Source of the DNA: a bacterium
GTDB taxonomy: Bacteria; Zhuqueibacterota; Zhuqueibacteria; Oceanimicrobiales; Oceanimicrobiaceae
Direction: 5' to 3'
DNA: 3,259 bases
NCBI GenBank assembly: GCA_046758365.1
Contig: JBHIAC010000239.1
Span: forward strand, 1-3,259
Under the pieces are notes generated by a model. The model had not been told where the DNA came from. It was given only the letters and a program-made list of their open reading frames with translations, and searched no databases. A program made the translations under genes and the position numbers. This document shows, in pieces, positions 1-3,259 of this stretch (positions are counted from its first letter, which is position 1; every line of letters starts with the position of its first letter).

Positions 1-119
1 CCGAGCATGATAGGGGTGTCGGTATTGATAGGCGGACCTTGGGCAAAACTATCTGCCCAAGAACCTGCATACAAAAGAATGACCAGCAAGATAAAGCTGA
101 TTTTTAGTGGTTTGATCAT
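1..119 (-). CDS. 5' part of a secreted/outer-membrane protein of unknown function (runs off the left edge of the window)
   Basis: Hand translation from ATG at 119..117 gives MIKPLKISFILLVILLYAGSWADSFAQGPPINTDTPIML(G), open to position 1. It has a Sec-type signal peptide (basic N-region, hydrophobic core ISFILLVILLY, S-F-A|Q cleavage site). It starts 16 nt after the TBDT stop with an AAAGG element upstream. Not in the supplied ORF track. Confidence 0.85.
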   Translation of the reverse strand, partial: MIKPLKISFILLVILLYAGSWADSFAQGPPINTDTPIML

Positions 120-130
120 ATTAATAATTG

Positions 131-135
131 CCTTT
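131..135 (-). promoter_or_regulatory. Possible ribosome-binding site for the CDS starting at 119
   Basis: Minus strand reads TGA-AAAGG-CAATTATTAAT-ATG. The purine-rich AAAGG lies 11 nt before the ATG, a somewhat long spacing. Confidence 0.4.
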
Positions 136-2655
136 TCACCTTTTGTCTTTTTTAAAAGGTTCAACAGAGATTAGTGAAGCTTTAAATCCAGCTCGTTCAA
201 CAACATTAATTAATTCATCCAGTGACACTTTATTCTCACGGACGATGACTTGCGCCATTTTATCTTTAAGGCTCACTGTTGTCGAAACCACACCTGGTAG
301 CGCGTTGAATCGTTCATTAATCGTTTTAACACAGTTTTGGCAGGCCATCCCTTCCACTGATATCCGGACTTGTTTGGTATTTTTAAGATTTAACTTTTTC
401 TTGAACTTAGGCATAGGTAACGTGAGTCTAGTCGTAATAAAGGCATTACGTCCGGGTTCAGGAAGGAGTGCAAGATTCAAATGATCTCGGTAATTTTTGT
501 TGAAGATATTTTTAACACCAACAGAGAATTCAATACCTTCTTTAACTTTCCATCCTCCTCTGAAGTCAAATACGGCATATGCCGGAGTGTGTTCTTCTCC
601 ATACCGTTTAGCATAACGATTTTGAGCGGCTGCTACTTTTACAGCAAACTCAAGCCAGTATCCCTTGTCGGCATTATTGTATCCAAGCTTTGTAGCTGAC
701 TCAAGTGGTGCAATACCGGGAAGTGGGTCACCGGTTGTTTTATCCTGCCCCCAATCGTAAGATACATTCGTGCTAAGAAATAATGATTGTGAAATAGAAA
801 ATTTAACGACAGCACTTCCACCGATAACATTCGCCTTATTAATGCCATCAAATCGTTTGACTCCTTTTGACCCCCGGTATGGATTTGCTATGTTGGAATC
901 TACTTCGGCAGAAATCAGATTCGATAGACTATTATGATAGATTTCAATATTCCAGTTAAAACGATTTTGCATTCCTTTAAGTCCAATACGTTTGCTGGTA
1001 TTGGTTTCTGAAGTTAAATCTGGATTACCAATTCGGTAATAACCATCTATCATAGGAGCAGCAATAAAACGTTCTACAGGCGTGGCTGCCTTAAATCCCT
1101 TACTTACAGAGGCAGTCAGTGCGGTGTTTTCTGCTAAATTGTAAAGCAGGCCCGCAGAACCACTAAGTATGAATTCTTCAGATTGCAGATTGTCCTGGAA
1201 AAAGGTAGATGTAGTATCTTTTTTGGCATTTGAACTTATATAATTTGCTCGAACGCCAGTTTGCACTTTTAAGCGATTGAAAATTTTATATTCATCTTGT
1301 ATAAAAATACCCAATTCACTGACTGACGACTTTGGAAGAATATCTATGAACAGTGAGCTTACACCATGGTTAATAACGCTGCTTTTCTCATACATTTTCC
1401 ATAAGCTATAGAAGACCCCCGTAGTGAGCGTATTTTTTTTACCGATTGCCCAATAGCTGTTTACATTAATATTATAGGTATTTGTTTTTGAATCGCCTTT
1501 AAATTGCAAATTACCGGGCAAATAGTTTATCATATTGTGATACATGGGTGAATATGAAATATTAGCAGTAATCATTTGCAGTTTTTGACCTAGATCACTA
1601 ACAGTATAATTTAAGGCATACGTATCTCTTTTTTCTTCAGGGATGATGGTATTGGCAGCCGGCCAGCCAATATCTTCAGCTCTATAAATTTGAGTTGTGA
1701 AAAGCAATTGTTGATTATAGCCTGGACGATATCTGCTTTTCAGTTGAATGTTACTGGATTTAAATCCGCTATTTTTGACAACTCCTTGTTTTGTTTTATA
1801 GTCATCGTGTAAGCCTGCTCCAACACTTGCAACAAAGTCAAATTTTTCATTTCCGCCACTAAAAGAGAGCATTCCAGTACGTGAATTAGACACGCTTTGG
1901 TATTTGCTGACAAAATTGATATCTGTTTTAAAGTTTTGACTTTTAGTATATTTGGAATTTATCGTTGAAATATTAATAATGCCGCCCATATTACCGGAGC
2001 CGAATTGTGCTGACCCTGGTCCTTTCTGTACCTCTATATTTTCAATCATATCAGGTTCTATCGTGGCGGTGCAGGCATCCATGCCCATCGGACAGGCTTG
2101 ATTTATTTTTACTCCGTCAATGAATACCAGTATTCTGGAATCTGTCATACCTTGAAAGTAGGGTTTTGTACCCCAACTTCCTGAGCGTGAAGTTGATACA
2201 CCGGGCACTTCTTTTAATATATCGGCTGTGGTAGTAGGTACAAGCCTTCTAATTTCTTCTGATTCTATCTTCATTACTGGCATGGGACCTCTTATTTTTT
2301 TAGCTTCTATAGTGATTTCATTTAGTTCAATTAATTTAGAAAGAAGACCAAAATTTAATTGAACGGTTTCCCCCTGTTTAACGGTAACACCTCTTATTTG
2401 ATTTTTAAAACCAATCATTCTGGCTTCTAATTTGTATTTTCCAGTCGGTACATCTTTAATTTCATAAAACCCTCTTTTGTCTGTTGCGGCTCCCTGAGTT
2501 GTGCCCAGAATCAAAACGTTTGCCCCCGCTAACGACTCACCCTTCTCCGCATTTCTTACGTACCCTTTGATGGTCGCATTTTGTTGAGCATAAACTCCAG
2601 ATGTAAGGAAAGGAAGAATTAAGTACACAATCTTCATTAATTGTTTAAGCTTCAA
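136..2655 (-). CDS. TonB-dependent outer-membrane transporter, OprC-like (putative copper), with N-terminal carboxypeptidase-regulatory-like domain and C-terminal HMA domain
   Basis: 839-aa ORF. Signal peptide 1-23 (VYA|Q). Residues ~27-104 look like a CarboxypepD_reg-like domain (IKGYV..GESLAGANV..GAATDKRGFYEI..PTGKYKL..IGF). TonB-box-like LNEITIEA at 111-118. Plug motifs ADILKEVPGV, VFIDGV and IENIEVQKGPGSAQFGSGNMGGIINI. Barrel hallmarks GIFIQDEY, GFKAAT, GNPDLTSE and GVKNIFNKNY...PGRN. Metal motifs C188-x3-M192 and H373-x-M375. HMA motif GMACQNC at 769-775. The TTG start is supported by a Shine-Dalgarno; an alternative ATG is at 2637. Confidence 0.95.
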   Translation of the reverse strand: MKLKQLMKIVYLILPFLTSGVYAQQNATIKGYVRNAEKGESLAGANVLILGTTQGAATDKRGFYEIKDVPTGKYKLEARMIGFKNQIRGVTVKQGETVQLNFGLLSKLIELNEITIEAKKIRGPMPVMKIESEEIRRLVPTTTADILKEVPGVSTSRSGSWGTKPYFQGMTDSRILVFIDGVKINQACPMGMDACTATIEPDMIENIEVQKGPGSAQFGSGNMGGIINISTINSKYTKSQNFKTDINFVSKYQSVSNSRTGMLSFSGGNEKFDFVASVGAGLHDDYKTKQGVVKNSGFKSSNIQLKSRYRPGYNQQLLFTTQIYRAEDIGWPAANTIIPEEKRDTYALNYTVSDLGQKLQMITANISYSPMYHNMINYLPGNLQFKGDSKTNTYNINVNSYWAIGKKNTLTTGVFYSLWKMYEKSSVINHGVSSLFIDILPKSSVSELGIFIQDEYKIFNRLKVQTGVRANYISSNAKKDTTSTFFQDNLQSEEFILSGSAGLLYNLAENTALTASVSKGFKAATPVERFIAAPMIDGYYRIGNPDLTSETNTSKRIGLKGMQNRFNWNIEIYHNSLSNLISAEVDSNIANPYRGSKGVKRFDGINKANVIGGSAVVKFSISQSLFLSTNVSYDWGQDKTTGDPLPGIAPLESATKLGYNNADKGYWLEFAVKVAAAQNRYAKRYGEEHTPAYAVFDFRGGWKVKEGIEFSVGVKNIFNKNYRDHLNLALLPEPGRNAFITTRLTLPMPKFKKKLNLKNTKQVRISVEGMACQNCVKTINERFNALPGVVSTTVSLKDKMAQVIVRENKVSLDELINVVERAGFKASLISVEPFKKDKR
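166..372 (-). other. C-terminal heavy-metal-associated (HMA, CopZ/MerP-like) domain of the TBDT
   Basis: Residues ~762-830, QVRISVEGMACQNCVKTINERFNALPGVVSTTVSLKDKMAQVIV...LINVVERAGFKA, contain the canonical GMxCxxC (nt 331..351), LPGV, VSL and AGF elements of the HMA fold. Confidence 0.93.
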
Positions 2656-2660
2656 TATAT

Positions 2661-2666
2661 ACCTCT
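2661..2666 (-). promoter_or_regulatory. Shine-Dalgarno sequence for the TBDT (TTG start at 2655)
   Basis: Minus strand reads TGA-AT-AGAGGT-ATATA-TTG. GAGGT lies 5 nt before the TTG, inside the 13-nt intergenic spacer. Confidence 0.7.
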
Positions 2667-2668
2667 AT

Positions 2669-3259
2669 TCAGTTTTGTTCTTCGACTGAGGCTTTATTAA
2701 CACCAACGAATTTTGCCTTAAAACCGAGCTTCTCTACGGTCTCGATCAATTTCCCCCTGTCTTTTTCATCCCCCGAACAGAGAACCGTGGCTTCATTTTT
2801 TTCAAGACTGACCGATACCTCTTTGGCACAATTGATTTTATTTAACGCAGCCTCCACTCGCGATACGCATCCCTGACATTGCATGCCTTCTATTTTCAAA
2901 GCCACGTTGTGGTATTTGGATTCTGACTTGGTTACAGGCTTCTCGAAAGTAATTTCCCGTGGCGTGAATCCAGCCTCTTTGACTTTCTTCTGAATTTCTG
3001 CCTCAGTGAGTTTGGCGCCTTCTTTCAGAAATAGATTAACCAGACCATCGTTGATTTTAATTTCAAGCTTTGCGACGCCGTTCAGTGATTTCAGCTTTTT
3101 CTCCAACCCGTAGGCACAAAATGGACAGGAGAGCCCATTTACCCGAACCGTGATTTTTTCTCCCTTGACTGCGTTCTTAGACTGTTCCCCAGCGTAGGTG
3201 GAATTTATTAAAAATGTGCACGCCAGAAGGAAAGCGGTTAAAATCAGCACAATATTATG
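2669..3259 (-). CDS. Exported protein with two tandem HMA domains (periplasmic metallochaperone-like); true start probably beyond the right edge of the window
   Basis: The ORF track starts at GTG 3250, but the frame stays open to the edge (CAT AAT ATT GTG = H-N-I-V) and the signal peptide lacks a basic N-region, so the gene is probably 5'-truncated. Hydrophobic leader LILTAFLLACTFLINSTYA|G. HMA1 is ITVRVNGLSCPFCAYGLEKKL...EAGFTP (motif nt 3116..3136). HMA2 is VALKIEGMQCQGCVSRVEAAL...VSLEK...LGFKA (motif nt 2867..2887). Confidence 0.93.
   Translation of the reverse strand, partial: HNIVLILTAFLLACTFLINSTYAGEQSKNAVKGEKITVRVNGLSCPFCAYGLEKKLKSLNGVAKLEIKINDGLVNLFLKEGAKLTEAEIQKKVKEAGFTPREITFEKPVTKSESKYHNVALKIEGMQCQGCVSRVEAALNKINCAKEVSVSLEKNEATVLCSGDEKDRGKLIETVEKLGFKAKFVGVNKASVEEQN

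Noticed and set aside
121..138. Selenocysteine or readthrough at the TBDT TGA stop
   Set aside because: Readthrough would add only K-G-N-Y before a TAA. The TGA is not in a Cys-motif position and no SECIS-like hairpin is evident.
136..414. Separate HMA gene starting at internal Met748 (MPKFKKK...)
   Set aside because: No stop precedes it in frame and there is no SD-like sequence upstream (CTAGACTCACGTTACCT-ATG). An internal start cannot be excluded but has no support.
128..484. Plus-strand 118-aa ORF from the track
   Set aside because: It lies antisense to the well-supported TBDT/HMA coding region and has no recognisable motif, so it is most likely a shadow ORF.
481..699. Plus-strand 72-aa ORF from the track
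   Set aside because: Antisense shadow of the barrel-coding region with no recognisable domain.
639..851. Minus-strand 70-aa alternative-frame ORF
   Set aside because: Fully nested out of frame in the TBDT gene, with no motif or convincing RBS.
2325..2364. 10-bp perfect inverted repeat GTTCAATTAA / TTAATTGAAC with a 20-nt spacer
   Set aside because: It is AT-rich, lies inside coding sequence and has no terminator-like context, so chance is a sufficient explanation.
3218..3229. Lipobox-like LLAC in the tandem-HMA leader (lipoprotein)
   Set aside because: The hydrophobic stretch continues after the Cys to a good signal peptidase I site (TYA|G), and the N-terminus is truncated. A soluble periplasmic protein is more likely; SignalP on the full gene would decide.
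136..3259. Assigning gene symbols oprC, copZ or merP, or calling this a mer operon
   Set aside because: Motifs are shared but the domain architectures differ, and no merA, merT, merR or copA is visible in the window, so orthology cannot be established.

Overview
All credible genes are on the minus strand and form a tightly packed putative operon (13- and 16-nt spacers) of three exported proteins. In transcription order they are: (1) a 5'-truncated secreted protein with two heavy-metal-associated (HMA) domains (GLSCPFC, GMQCQGC); (2) an 839-aa TonB-dependent outer-membrane transporter (TBDT); (3) the first 39 codons of another secreted protein (mature start QGPPINTDTPIML), missed by the ORF track. 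The TBDT has an N-terminal carboxypeptidase-regulatory-like domain and an OprC-type CxxxM...HxM copper-ligand signature. Unusually, it also has a complete HMA domain (GMACQNC) fused after the last beta-barrel strand. The best reading is an envelope Cu(I)/soft-metal handling system in a diderm, probably FCB-group, bacterium, in which the transporter carries its own tethered periplasmic metallochaperone. I saw no RNA genes, CRISPR arrays, mobile elements, promoters or terminators. All family assignments come from motif recognition by eye; no database searches were run, so novelty is unverified.
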